A model generated the notes under the pieces. The model was not told where the DNA came from, made no database searches, and was given only the letters and a program-made list of their open reading frames with translations. Source: an uncultured Chloroflexia bacterium (GTDB lineage Bacteria > Chloroflexota > Limnocylindria > Limnocylindrales > CSP1-4). Taken from it: a stretch of 64,000 nucleotides of DNA. The DNA is taken from contig CAWBFV010000004.1 in NCBI GenBank assembly GCA_963788235.1, positions 406,336-470,335 on the forward strand, given 5' to 3'. The translations under genes and the position numbers were made by a program. Below are positions 47,261-56,281 of this stretch, piece by piece (position 1 is the stretch's first letter; each line of letters begins with the position of its first letter).

Positions 47261-47401
47261 GGCGTCCCTCCCTGCAGGCGCGCCGCGGCGATGTGGACCG
47301 ATCCGGCGCTGGGCGACCATGGTCCCGCAATCCGGGTACCGATGCCTACCCTGACCTACCGGCCAGTACCCCTGCGCGCCGGCCCGGTCGGCCGCCCGCG
47401 G

Positions 47402-48394
47402 CTACTGGAACGCGGGGATGACGTCCGTCCCGTAGGCCTCGAGCTGGGCCTCTTCGTCGCCATTCATGAGGTATAGGTTGAACTGGTCCACGCCGGCATC
47501 GGCGAGCTCGCGCAGCTTGGCGATCTGTTCGTCCGGACCGCCGAGGATGCAGAAGCGATCGGTCACGTCGTCGCCCACGAACGCCGCGTTGGATGAGCCG
47601 ACCTCGGCGTGGTGGTGGTAGTCGTAACCGGTCCGATCGGTGACGTAGCCGGTCAGCGACTCGGGCAGCTGCTCGCGGGGGTACTTGTTCACGAGATCGA
47701 CGACGTGGTTCGAGACGAGCGCCGGGAACCATTTGGTCCGTTCGCGACCGACGTCGCGCGGACTGACGTGAGCAGGCGCCGCCGCCTGCACCTTCACGGC
47801 GTCGGCGGGTCGACCGGCGGCGACCGACGCCTCGCGGAGTTGGCCCACGAACCAGCGGATGAGATCCGGGTCGGCGAGCTGCAGGATGATCCCGTCCGCA
47901 ACGCGACCGGTCATCGCGATGGCCATCGGGCCGTAGCCGGCGACCCACACCGGTAGCGTCCAGCCCGTGGTCCACGGGAAGCGCAGCTCGGTGCCCTCGT
48001 ACTCGATCGTCTCGCCGGCGACCAACGCCCGGATGACGCGGATCGCCTCCTCGGTATGCGCCAAGGTGATCGGCGGCTTGCCAAGCACGCGACGGGCGGA
48101 ATCGCCGCGCCCGATGCCGAGGTCCATCCGCCCGCCGCTGATCTCGTCGAGCGTCGCAAGCAATGAGGCCGTGACCGTAGGCTCGCGCGTTCCCGGGTTG
48201 GTCACGCAGGTCCCCAGGCGGAGATGCTCGGTGGCGCCGGCTATCAGCGTCAGCAGCGGATAGGGGTCACGCCACAGCACGTGGCTGTCGAACAGCCACC
48301 CGTGTTCGAAGCCCGCCGCTTCTGCCTGGCGCGCGAGGGCCAGCGTCCGTTCGATCGTGTGGTCGGCCTTGAGCGTGAAACCGAACTGCATCAC
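47402..48394 (-). CDS. luciferase-like (LLM class, probably F420-dependent) oxidoreductase
   Basis: 330 aa. MQFGFTLK...AEAAGFEHGWLFDSH...LRLGTCVTNPGTREP...GRMDLGIGRGDS is typical of the LLM TIM-barrel family. Confidence 0.85.
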   Translation of the reverse strand: MMQFGFTLKADHTIERTLALARQAEAAGFEHGWLFDSHVLWRDPYPLLTLIAGATEHLRLGTCVTNPGTREPTVTASLLATLDEISGGRMDLGIGRGDSARRVLGKPPITLAHTEEAIRVIRALVAGETIEYEGTELRFPWTTGWTLPVWVAGYGPMAIAMTGRVADGIILQLADPDLIRWFVGQLREASVAAGRPADAVKVQAAAPAHVSPRDVGRERTKWFPALVSNHVVDLVNKYPREQLPESLTGYVTDRTGYDYHHHAEVGSSNAAFVGDDVTDRFCILGGPDEQIAKLRELADAGVDQFNLYLMNGDEEAQLEAYGTDVIPAFQ

Positions 48395-48404
48395 TGCTCC
48401 TACC

Positions 48405-48445
48405 GGGAAAGAAAGGACTCGGCTGTCCTCCTCCGAACAGCCGAG
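48405..48445 (-). terminator. candidate intrinsic terminator after the amidase gene
   Basis: Minus strand: CTCGGCTGT-tcggaggagg-ACAGCCGAG, a perfect 9-bp stem, followed by TCCTTTCTTTCCC. It lies between the amidase stop (48465) and the LLM start (48394). Confidence 0.5.
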
Positions 48446-48464
48446 CCGGCGCGGATGATAGCGC

Positions 48465-49316
48465 CTACGGGCGTGTCAAGTCAGCGTATGCGTCAGGTCG
48501 CCGATCGCGGAAGAACTGCCACGTGTTACGGACCTCGGCGATCTTGTCGAGATCGAGGTCGCGGACGATCAGCTCTTCCTCGTGAGCATCGCCGACGTCG
48601 CCGACATACTGGCCGCGCGGATCGACGAAGTAGCTCTGCCCGTAGAAGTCGTCGTCGCCGTAGTCCTTCTCGATCCCCACGCGATTGATGGTGCCGACGA
48701 AGTAGCCGTTGGCGACGGCGTGGCTCGGCTGCTCGATCTTCCAGAGGTACTCGGACAGGCCGCGCGACGTCGCGCTCGGGATGAACACGATCTCGGCGCC
48801 ATTGAGCCCGAGCGCCCGCGCGCCTTCGGGGAAGTGCCGGTCGTAGCAGATGTACACGCCGACCTTGCCGACCGCGGTCTCGAAGACCGGGTAGCCGAGG
48901 TTCCCGGGCCGGAAGTAGAACTTCTCCCAGAAGCCCTTCACGTGCGGGATGTGCGTCTTGCGGTACTTGCCCAGGTACGTGCCGTCGGCGTCGATGACGG
49001 CTGCGGTGTTGTAGTAGATGCCCGAGGCCTGGGCATCCTCCTCGTACATCGGGGCGACGACGACCATGCCGGTCTGCTTCGCGAGGTCCTGCATCCGCTT
49101 GGTGGTCGGGCCGTCCGGGATCAGCTCGGTGTAGCTGTAGTACTGCGGGTCCTGGACCTGGCAGAAGTAGGGCCCGTAGAAGAGCTCCTGGAACAGGATG
49201 ACCTGGGCGCCCTGCTTGGCCGCTTCGTGCGCCCGCTCCTCGTGCTTCTGGATCATCGATTCCTTGTCGCCGGTCCAACTGGCCTGGACGAGCGCCCCTC
49301 GGACGATACGCGGCAT
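48465..49316 (-). CDS. nitrilase-superfamily N-carbamoyl-amino-acid / beta-ureidopropionase-like amidohydrolase
   Basis: The ATG at 49316 gives 283 aa. The Glu-Lys-Cys triad contexts are ILFQELF, YRKTHIP and VYICYDRHFPE. Confidence 0.9.
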   Translation of the reverse strand: MPRIVRGALVQASWTGDKESMIQKHEERAHEAAKQGAQVILFQELFYGPYFCQVQDPQYYSYTELIPDGPTTKRMQDLAKQTGMVVVAPMYEEDAQASGIYYNTAAVIDADGTYLGKYRKTHIPHVKGFWEKFYFRPGNLGYPVFETAVGKVGVYICYDRHFPEGARALGLNGAEIVFIPSATSRGLSEYLWKIEQPSHAVANGYFVGTINRVGIEKDYGDDDFYGQSYFVDPRGQYVGDVGDAHEEELIVRDLDLDKIAEVRNTWQFFRDRRPDAYADLTRP

Positions 49317-49461
49317 GATCGGCTGTCCCTCTCGCTGGCGACATGGCGTGATGGAGACGGAGGGTACACCTCCGACCGGCCGCGGAGCTTGTAAGGGAGC
49401 TGGCAGACGAACGTGGCCGCGGAGGAGGCCGAGTCGTGCGGCGTGACGCCATGCTCGGACC

Positions 49462-50169
49462 GTGACCCTGTCGCTCGAGAACCCGGATCCGCGTGTCGTC
49501 GCGCCCGCGCGCGTCGCCGTCCGGCGCGGCCGGACCGCCGCCCTCGTGGAGCGGTTCGGGCTGCTCGGTTTTCTCGGGATCTTTGCTGCGGTGCGCGCCC
49601 GGCGCAGCGACGCCATCGATCTCGCGATCACGATGAAACTGCAGCGGGCCGCGAACCCGCTCCTCGATCGCCCGATGGAAGCCGTCTCATGGCCCGGTTT
49701 CCCGCCGCAGAGCCGGATCATCCCGGCGCTCCTCGTGGTCGGTCTTGCGGCCATGCGGCTGCCGCTCGAGGCGATGTTCATGATCGTCGCGTGGGGCACC
49801 GCGCTCCTCGCTTCGGTCGTCAAGGCGTTGATGCGCCGGCCGCGACCCGTCGCCGGGGTCGATGTCCGCGTGATCACGGCGCCGCTCGGCGGATCGAGCT
49901 TCCCGAGCGGTCACACGATCACGTACGTCGGGATCTATGGGTTCCTCGCATACCTCGTCCACACCCTGCTGCGACCGGTCGCGCTCCGCCGGGTGCTCGT
50001 CGGCGGTCTCGTCGGGCTCGTGGCCATGGTGGGTCCGAGCCGCGTGCATCAAGGCCACCATTGGTTCACCGACGTGACGGCGTCGTACCTGCTCGGAATC
50101 AGCTATCTGATCCCGCTGACGCGGCTCTACCGCGAACGGAAGGCCCGTGGCAGCGGGGAGCGCGCGTGA
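49462..50169 (+). CDS. PAP2-family phosphatase (membrane)
   Basis: 235 aa. KALMRRPRP, FPSGHT and SRVHQGHHWFTDV give the three PAP2 motifs. Confidence 0.85.
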   Translation: MTLSLENPDPRVVAPARVAVRRGRTAALVERFGLLGFLGIFAAVRARRSDAIDLAITMKLQRAANPLLDRPMEAVSWPGFPPQSRIIPALLVVGLAAMRLPLEAMFMIVAWGTALLASVVKALMRRPRPVAGVDVRVITAPLGGSSFPSGHTITYVGIYGFLAYLVHTLLRPVALRRVLVGGLVGLVAMVGPSRVHQGHHWFTDVTASYLLGISYLIPLTRLYRERKARGSGERA

Positions 50170-51202
50170 CCAGCGCGCACCCGCGTCGGATCCTCGTCAT
50201 CCGCAACCCGTCCGCCGGCGTCGCAGCTGCGCTGACCCCCGGGGCGGCTCCATCGACGCGCTTCGTGCGCTCCTCGAGCGACACGCCATCGCCGCGGAGG
50301 TGATCGAGCCCGAGGACGAGGATTCGGCGCGCGCCGCGGTGCGGAAGGCCGTCGCGGACCGCGTCGACGTCGTCGTGGCCGCCGGCGGCGACGGGACGGT
50401 CCACATGGTCGCCGACGAGCTTTTGGGGTCGGATTCGGCGCTCGGCATCCTGCCGATGGGCCGCGTCATGAACATCGCGCGGGCGCTGGGGATCGGACGG
50501 GACCCGGAGCTCGCGGCGAGGATCCTTGCCGCCGGCCACGTCCGTGCCGTCGACGTCGGCGAGGCCGTCGCGTCGGATGGACGGACCGTGCCGTTCCTCG
50601 AAACGGGGTCCGTCGGCCTGAACGCCGCGATCTTCCGCGAGGTGTCGCGCGCGGACGAGGGCGAGCTGCACTCGATCCTGCGCACGATCTGGGCAGCCGT
50701 GCGCTATCGACCGGCGCGGATGTCCGTCGAGCTCGACGACGGTGTCGTCGAGACGCGAGCGCTGATGGTCACGGCCTCGATCGGACCGTACGTGGGGCTG
50801 GCCATGACGGTCGCGCCATCGGCCCGCCTGGACGACGGGCGGTTCGATGTCAGCATCTTCCGGCGCTTCTCGAAGTGGGAGCTGCTGCGCCATCTCGCGT
50901 CGATCGCCTTTGGGCGCCGGCAATACGCGCCGCAGGTTTCACGCCATCGCTCGGCGAATGTCCGGATCACGAGCAGGCGCCCACTGCCCGCCCGCGCCGA
51001 TCACTACGACCTCGGCTCGACGCCCGTCCGGTTCCAGACGAAGGCGCGCGCGTTGCTGGTCGTGGCGCCGGCGAGGAGCGTCGGGTCGGCAGACGCCGCG
51101 GCGGCCGGCGACAGCGCGGGCGCGCCTGAAGCCCGCGCGCGCCTCCCTCAGTCGGTCGGCGCCGGCTCGTCCGGTTCGGCTTCGGGCCGGCGGCGCATGT
51201 AG
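50166..51202 (+). pseudogene. diacylglycerol/lipid kinase family (YegS/LCB5-like), one frameshift
   Basis: The GTG at 50166 (GTGA overlap with PAP2) gives ...RRILVIRNPSAGV. The rest (GSIDALRALLERH...VVAAGGDGTVHMV...LGILPMGRVMN...) is in the frame of ORF 50147..51202. The shift lies at the C5G4 run at 50236-50244. The low-complexity tail overlaps the convergent gene by 55 nt. Confidence 0.8.
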
Positions 51203-51555
51203 TACTCGGTGAACTCGCGGCAACGGCCCTCGCCGTCGAAGCGGCAGACGAAGACGTTCGCGAACTCGCGATCGACTTCGCTTCGATCGTCGGTCAGATA
51301 GCGCGTCCGACCGTGGGCGACGAACACGTCGCCGTCGACGGCGAGCACGTCGTAATCCGCTTGCCATGAACCCGGCTCGTCCGGATCGTCCAGCCACGCC
51401 TCGATGACCGCGTTCCGGCCCGCGACCGCCTCGCTGAACGGGTCGAATGCGTAGCGCACGTCCGGGCTGAACAGGTCGCCGATGGCGACCGCGTCGTTGA
51501 GCCGCCACGCATCGACGTAGCGCTGCAGCCAGGCGCGGAAACCGGCGCGATCCAT
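51148..51555 (-). CDS. SnoaL-like / NTF2-fold protein
   Basis: The ATG at 51555 gives 135 aa. FRAWLQRYVDAWRLNDAVAIGDLFSPDVRYAFDPF... is a typical NTF2-like cone pattern. Confidence 0.65.
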   Translation of the reverse strand: MDRAGFRAWLQRYVDAWRLNDAVAIGDLFSPDVRYAFDPFSEAVAGRNAVIEAWLDDPDEPGSWQADYDVLAVDGDVFVAHGRTRYLTDDRSEVDREFANVFVCRFDGEGRCREFTEYYMRRRPEAEPDEPAPTD

Positions 51556-51600
51556 CCCGGAACGGTAGCACCGAGGCACGCCGAGGCGAATCGCCGCGCC

Positions 51601-51875
51601 GTTGACTCCCACGCAACAAAAACTGGTCGAGGGCCGATCAACACGGCCTCTGGCCCCCCTTGTGTCGACTCCCACGCGACAAACTGGGGTCGAGGACCGG
51701 TCAGTGGGGCTTTCGAGCCCTTTGTGTCGACTCCCACGCAACAAACTGGGGTAGAGCCGCGACCAACGCGGCCTTCGGGCCCTTTGTGTCGACTCCCACG
51801 CAACAAACCGGGTCGAGGATCGATCAGCGGGGCCTTCGACCCCTTTCTGTTGACTCCCACGCAACAACCGCTCGA
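51601..51875. repeat. tandem array of about 4.4 copies of a 61-63-bp unit with an invariant 21-nt core
   Basis: Units start at 51601, 51664, 51726, 51788 and 51849 (the last is partial). The core is GT(C/T)GACTCCCACGC(A/G)ACAA(A)C. The rest of each unit is about 75% conserved and GC-rich, with hairpin potential (e.g. GGGTCGA...TCGACCC in unit 4, GCCGCG...CGCGGC in unit 3). It fills the divergent intergenic region. Confidence 0.9.
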
Positions 51876-51883
51876 AGCGCGCG

Positions 51884-53017
51884 ATGCGGCATCATGCCGC
51901 CGTGCGACTGCCCACCCGTGCCCGCCGACAGCTGGGTCGGATCGCCCGGCGGGTTGCTCCCGATGCCGCGTATGTCGGCTGGCCGCCGGAGGTGCTTCCC
52001 CGCTCGATCAGCCGCGACGGTGGTGCGAGGCCTAGCGTCGGCCTCGTCGGGTTCTACGGTCCGGGCAACTACGGCGACGAGCTGTTCCTCGAGGTGTTCC
52101 GCCAGCACCTCGGCTCCGTCGTCGACCTCGACGTCGTCTTCGATTCGCCGACGCGGCCATATTTCGATCGACCGGTCCGCGACGTCGTGCGCGAGCACGA
52201 CGCGATCCTCATCGGTGGCGGCGACCTCCTGGTCCCGTGGGGGCTCGGCGATCGCTACTGGCTGCCCGATTACCTGCGTCGACCCGTCCATGTCATCGGT
52301 GTCGGGGTACCAACCTGGCGACCGTCCAAGCCAGGGGTCGTCGATCAGCTCGGGCGGTTCCTGCGTCACCGCAACGTTCGCAGCATCACGACCCGCGACC
52401 GCGAGAGCACCGCGTGGATCCGCGAGCACCTGCGTCCCCGGGTGGAGGTCGAGACCGCGGCCGACCTCGTGTTCGCCCTGGACCTGCCCCGGGTCGAGCG
52501 ACCAGCCGGTCAAAAGATCCTCGGCATCACGGTCCGCTGGCGCGACCGCGACGATGATTACACCGCCGTGCGCGCCCTGGCCGACAAGGGTCGGGCGCTC
52601 GGGTATCGGCTGCGGACGATCGTCCTCTCGACGGACGACGTCCGCGCGCGCGACGAGCGCGCGCTCGATGCGCTGAACCTCCAAGGCCCGGACGTCGAAC
52701 GGATCGCGTCCGACGACCTCATGGCGCTCACGCGCGCGATCGGCGAATGCACGATGCTCGCGAGCCACAAGTTCCACGGCACGGTCGTGGCGACGGCCTA
52801 CGGCATCCCGGCGATCTCGATGAGCACGAGCGACAAGAACCGAAACCTGCTTGGGCGACTCGGCCGGCCCGAGCTCGTGTGCGCCTTCGACGACCCGCGA
52901 CTGCCCGACCTCGTCGTGCGCGATCCCGCGCCGCCCGACCCGACGATCCGGGCGGCGATGACCCGCGAGGCGACCGATGCGCTCGCGCGTCTCCGCGCGC
53001 GGTTGGTCGAGGGCTGA
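51884..53017 (+). CDS. polysaccharide pyruvyl transferase family protein
   Basis: 377 aa. GFYGPGNYGDELF...ILIGGGDLL...ASHKFHGTVVATAYGIPAI is typical of CsaB/WcaK-type enzymes. The start may be further downstream. Confidence 0.75.
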   Translation: MRHHAAVRLPTRARRQLGRIARRVAPDAAYVGWPPEVLPRSISRDGGARPSVGLVGFYGPGNYGDELFLEVFRQHLGSVVDLDVVFDSPTRPYFDRPVRDVVREHDAILIGGGDLLVPWGLGDRYWLPDYLRRPVHVIGVGVPTWRPSKPGVVDQLGRFLRHRNVRSITTRDRESTAWIREHLRPRVEVETAADLVFALDLPRVERPAGQKILGITVRWRDRDDDYTAVRALADKGRALGYRLRTIVLSTDDVRARDERALDALNLQGPDVERIASDDLMALTRAIGECTMLASHKFHGTVVATAYGIPAISMSTSDKNRNLLGRLGRPELVCAFDDPRLPDLVVRDPAPPDPTIRAAMTREATDALARLRARLVEG

Positions 53018-53123
53018 TCGCGGTCGTCGCCACGCTTGCGGCCCGATGGTCGTGAACGCGTCCGATGTGCTGTAATCCGGTCTCGCGCCGACGGCCCCCG
53101 CGGGCGGGCGCAGAGGAGGACCC

Positions 53124-54461
53124 ATGGGCATCGGGACCGCATCCACGGCGATGACGATCGACGAGATCGTCGCCCTCAATCGCGAGCACACGTTCTTCTC
53201 GTGGTCGGTCCAGGGCGCGATCGACCCGATCGTCATCGAGCGCGCCGAAGGCGTGTGGCTGTACACGCCGGACGGCCGCCGGATCCTCGACTTCAACAGC
53301 CAGCTGATGTCGGTCAACATCGGCCATGGCGATCGGCGCGTGATCGATGCGATCACCGAGCAGGCGACGAAGCTGCAGTACGTGCAGCCGGCCTTCGCGA
53401 CGGAGATCCGCGGCCGGCTGGGCCAGAAGCTCGCCGAGATCCTGCCGGGCGACCTTGACAAGGTGTTCTTCACGCTGGGGGGCGCCGAGGCGATCGAGAA
53501 CGCGATCAAGCTCGCCCGCCACTACACCGGCCGCTACAAGGTGCTGGCGCGCTATCGCGCCTACCACGGCGCGACCCTGGGGGCGATGACGCTGACCGGC
53601 GACCCGCGGCGCTGGGCAAACGAGCCCGGCCTCGTGGGCGTCGTCCGCTACCCGGACACGCATCGCTGGGGCGAGGCAGAACCCCGTCCCGTGGCGGAGT
53701 CGCTGCAGGGTCTCGAGGACGTCATCCGCTACGAGGGGCCGCACACGATCGCGGCGGTGTTCCTCGAGACGATCGTGGGTACCAACGGCATCCTGATCCC
53801 GCCCGACGGGTACATCCAGGGCGTCCGCGAGATCTGCGATCGTCACGGGATCCTCATGGTCTGCGACGAGGTCATGGCGGGGTTCGGGCGGACCGGCCGC
53901 TGGTTCGCCGTCGACCACTGGGACACCGTGCCCGACCTCATGACGATGGCCAAGGGCCTGACATCCTCGTACCTCCCGCTTGGCGCGGTCGCGATGCGCC
54001 ACCACATCGCGCAGGCCTTCGAGGACAAGATGTTCTACGGCGGCCTGACGTATTCCTCGCACCCCGTGTCGCTCGCTGCGGCGCTCGCGACGATCGGCGT
54101 GTACGAGGAGGACGGGCTGATCGACAACGCGGCACGGCTGGGTGCCCGGATGCGCGAGCACCACGAGCGCCTCGCGGCCAAGCATCCGTCGGTCGGGGCC
54201 CACCGGAACCTCGGTCTGTTCGGCATCCTCGACCTCGTCCGTTCGCGCGACCCGTGGACGCCGATGACGCCGTTCAACGGCTCGTCAGACGAGATGAAGG
54301 CGATCGGCAAATACTTCCGCGACCACGGCCTGTACACCTTGATCGCCAACAACTCGATCCATACGAACCCACCGCTGTCGATCGACGAGGACGAGCTGGC
54401 GGGAGGCTTCGAGATCATCGACGCCGCCCTCGACATCGCCGACCAGGCAGTCAGCGGCTAG
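53124..54461 (+). CDS. class III (omega) aminotransferase, beta-alanine/taurine:pyruvate type
   Basis: 445 aa, with GAGGAGGA upstream. LGGAEAIENAIK, CDEVMAGFGRTG, and TMAKGLTSSY (PLP Lys). Confidence 0.88.
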   Translation: MGIGTASTAMTIDEIVALNREHTFFSWSVQGAIDPIVIERAEGVWLYTPDGRRILDFNSQLMSVNIGHGDRRVIDAITEQATKLQYVQPAFATEIRGRLGQKLAEILPGDLDKVFFTLGGAEAIENAIKLARHYTGRYKVLARYRAYHGATLGAMTLTGDPRRWANEPGLVGVVRYPDTHRWGEAEPRPVAESLQGLEDVIRYEGPHTIAAVFLETIVGTNGILIPPDGYIQGVREICDRHGILMVCDEVMAGFGRTGRWFAVDHWDTVPDLMTMAKGLTSSYLPLGAVAMRHHIAQAFEDKMFYGGLTYSSHPVSLAAALATIGVYEEDGLIDNAARLGARMREHHERLAAKHPSVGAHRNLGLFGILDLVRSRDPWTPMTPFNGSSDEMKAIGKYFRDHGLYTLIANNSIHTNPPLSIDEDELAGGFEIIDAALDIADQAVSG

Positions 54462-54512
54462 GGTGGCCAAGGGCTCGCGCGAGCGAGAGGCCCGACCGCC
54501 GGCCGGCCCGCC

Positions 54513-55448
54513 GTGACGACACAGGCCGCGGCCCCGATCGCCCTCCGCTCGACCGATCGGTCGACGCCGACCCCGCTGCGTCGGCGCACGCGACTCGTGG
54601 CGATCCTCGGCCTGCTGGTCCTGTTGGTGCTCATATGGGAGGGCGCCAAGTGGATCGGCGGCGATCCCTGGCGGCTCCACGGCACGGTCGCCGGCATTCG
54701 GATCGACTACGAGCACTTCCCGCCACTCAAATGGCGCATCGCCACCGATCTGGCGCTTCCCCACGTATGGGAGATCGCCGCCGCGTTCGTCCAGCCGGCG
54801 CAACGCAACGGGCCCCCACTCGGCCAGGTGCTGCTCGGAAATGCCGTCTTCACGTTCGGCGAGGCGCTCGTTGGCTTTGCCATCGGCGCGACGCTCGGCC
54901 TCGTGCTGGGCATCGCCTTCACGCAATCGAGGACGGCGGAGCGAGCGTTCGTCCCTTACGTGGTCGCGTCGCAGACCGTGCCGATCGTCGCGATCGCGCC
55001 GTTGGTCGTGATCTTCCTGCCGGTCGGCTGGCTGGCCGTGGCGATCATCGCCGCTTACCTGACGTTCTTTCCGGTGACGATGGGCGCGCTCCGGGGCCTG
55101 CGGTCCGCGGACCCGCGCGCCGCCGAGCTGATGCGCTCCTATGCCGGCTCCCCCCGTCAGATCCTTTGGAAGCTTCGCCTCCCGGCGGCGCTGCCCTACC
55201 TCTTTGCGTCGCTGCGGATCGCGGCGAGCGCAAGCGTGGTCGGGGCGATCATCGGCGAGCTGCCGTCGGGCATCCCGTATGGACTCGGCAGCTCGATCCT
55301 CAACTTCAAGCAGTACTACGTCTCGGGCCCGTCCAAGCTGTGGGCAACGATCATCGTCGCCGCCATGCTCGGGCTGGTCTTTGTGGGTCTCGTCCGCGCA
55401 GCCGAGGCGCTGCTCAGTCGCGGGCGGTATCGGAGGATCGAAACATGA
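54513..55448 (+). CDS. ABC transporter permease (NitT/TauT family)
   Basis: 311 aa and about 6 TM segments, with an EAA-like loop (...MGALRGLRSADPRAAELMRSYAGS...). Confidence 0.85.
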   Translation: MTTQAAAPIALRSTDRSTPTPLRRRTRLVAILGLLVLLVLIWEGAKWIGGDPWRLHGTVAGIRIDYEHFPPLKWRIATDLALPHVWEIAAAFVQPAQRNGPPLGQVLLGNAVFTFGEALVGFAIGATLGLVLGIAFTQSRTAERAFVPYVVASQTVPIVAIAPLVVIFLPVGWLAVAIIAAYLTFFPVTMGALRGLRSADPRAAELMRSYAGSPRQILWKLRLPAALPYLFASLRIAASASVVGAIIGELPSGIPYGLGSSILNFKQYYVSGPSKLWATIIVAAMLGLVFVGLVRAAEALLSRGRYRRIET

Positions 55449-56281
55449 CCGCTCAGCCGACGTCGGTCGTCGAGATTCGCGGCGTCGGCAAGGAGTTCGG
55501 CGAGACGGATCGGCTCGTGGCGTTGCAGGACATCGACCTCACGATCCGTGCTGGCGAATTCATCTCGCTGATCGGCCCGTCGGGCTGCGGCAAGTCGACA
55601 CTCCTGCGCCTCATCGGCGACCTAACGACGCCGACAACGGGCTCGATCACGGTGAACGGCCGGAGTGCCCGTCAGGCTCGGCTCGGTCGCGAGTACGGGA
55701 TGGTCTTCCAGGCACCGGTCCTGATGGACTGGCGCACGGTCCAGAAGAACGTGGAGCTCCCCCTCGAGGTCATGGGCTTCGACAAGGCGCAGCGGGAGCA
55801 GCGGTCGAAGGCGATGCTGGAGCTGGTCGAGCTCGGCGACTTCGGTCGTACGCACCCGTGGCAGCTGTCCGGTGGCATGCAGCAGCGCGTGGCGATCGCC
55901 CGCGCTCTCGCATTCGATCCCAAGCTCCTGCTCATGGATGAGCCGTTCGGGGCACTCGACGAGATGACCCGCGAGCGGATGAACCTGGAGCTCATGCGGA
56001 TCTGGCGCCAGACGGGGACGACGATCGTCTTCGTGACCCACTCCATCCCCGAGGCGGTCTTCCTGTCGACGCGCGTCGTCGTCATGTCGGCGCGGCCGGG
56101 CCGCATCAGTCGCATCGTGGAGATCGACCTTCCGCAGCCGCGCACCGTCGAGACGCGCGAGCACGAACGCTATTTTGGGCACGTGACGACCGTTCGCGAG
56201 GCCCTTCGCCGGCACGAGGGCACCGATGGCGGGCCGGATGAGGCCGAGATCATGCAGATCCGGGCCGAAGGGCTCGCGTGA
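55445..56281 (+). CDS. ABC transporter ATP-binding protein
   Basis: ATGA overlap with the upstream gene. Walker A GPSGCGKST, signature LSGGMQQR, Walker B LLLMDEP. Confidence 0.93.
   Translation: MTAQPTSVVEIRGVGKEFGETDRLVALQDIDLTIRAGEFISLIGPSGCGKSTLLRLIGDLTTPTTGSITVNGRSARQARLGREYGMVFQAPVLMDWRTVQKNVELPLEVMGFDKAQREQRSKAMLELVELGDFGRTHPWQLSGGMQQRVAIARALAFDPKLLLMDEPFGALDEMTRERMNLELMRIWRQTGTTIVFVTHSIPEAVFLSTRVVVMSARPGRISRIVEIDLPQPRTVETREHERYFGHVTTVREALRRHEGTDGGPDEAEIMQIRAEGLA

Noticed and set aside
48446-48470. TTGACA...TATCAT promoter-like pair just downstream of the amidase stop on the minus strand.
   Set aside because: The spacer between the hexamers is only 13 nt, which is incompatible with a sigma70-type -35/-10 arrangement.
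51601-51875. Possible CRISPR array (period of about 62 bp).
   Set aside because: The inter-core segments are homologous to one another (about 75% identity) rather than unique spacers. The conserved core is only about 21 nt. No cas genes are present in the window.
51850-51878. TTGACT within the last repeat unit as a -35 element for the pyruvyl-transferase gene.
   Set aside because: The hexamer 17 nt downstream (CGAAGC) is not -10-like, and the ATG would lie only about 30 nt from the -35. This is not supportable from sequence alone.
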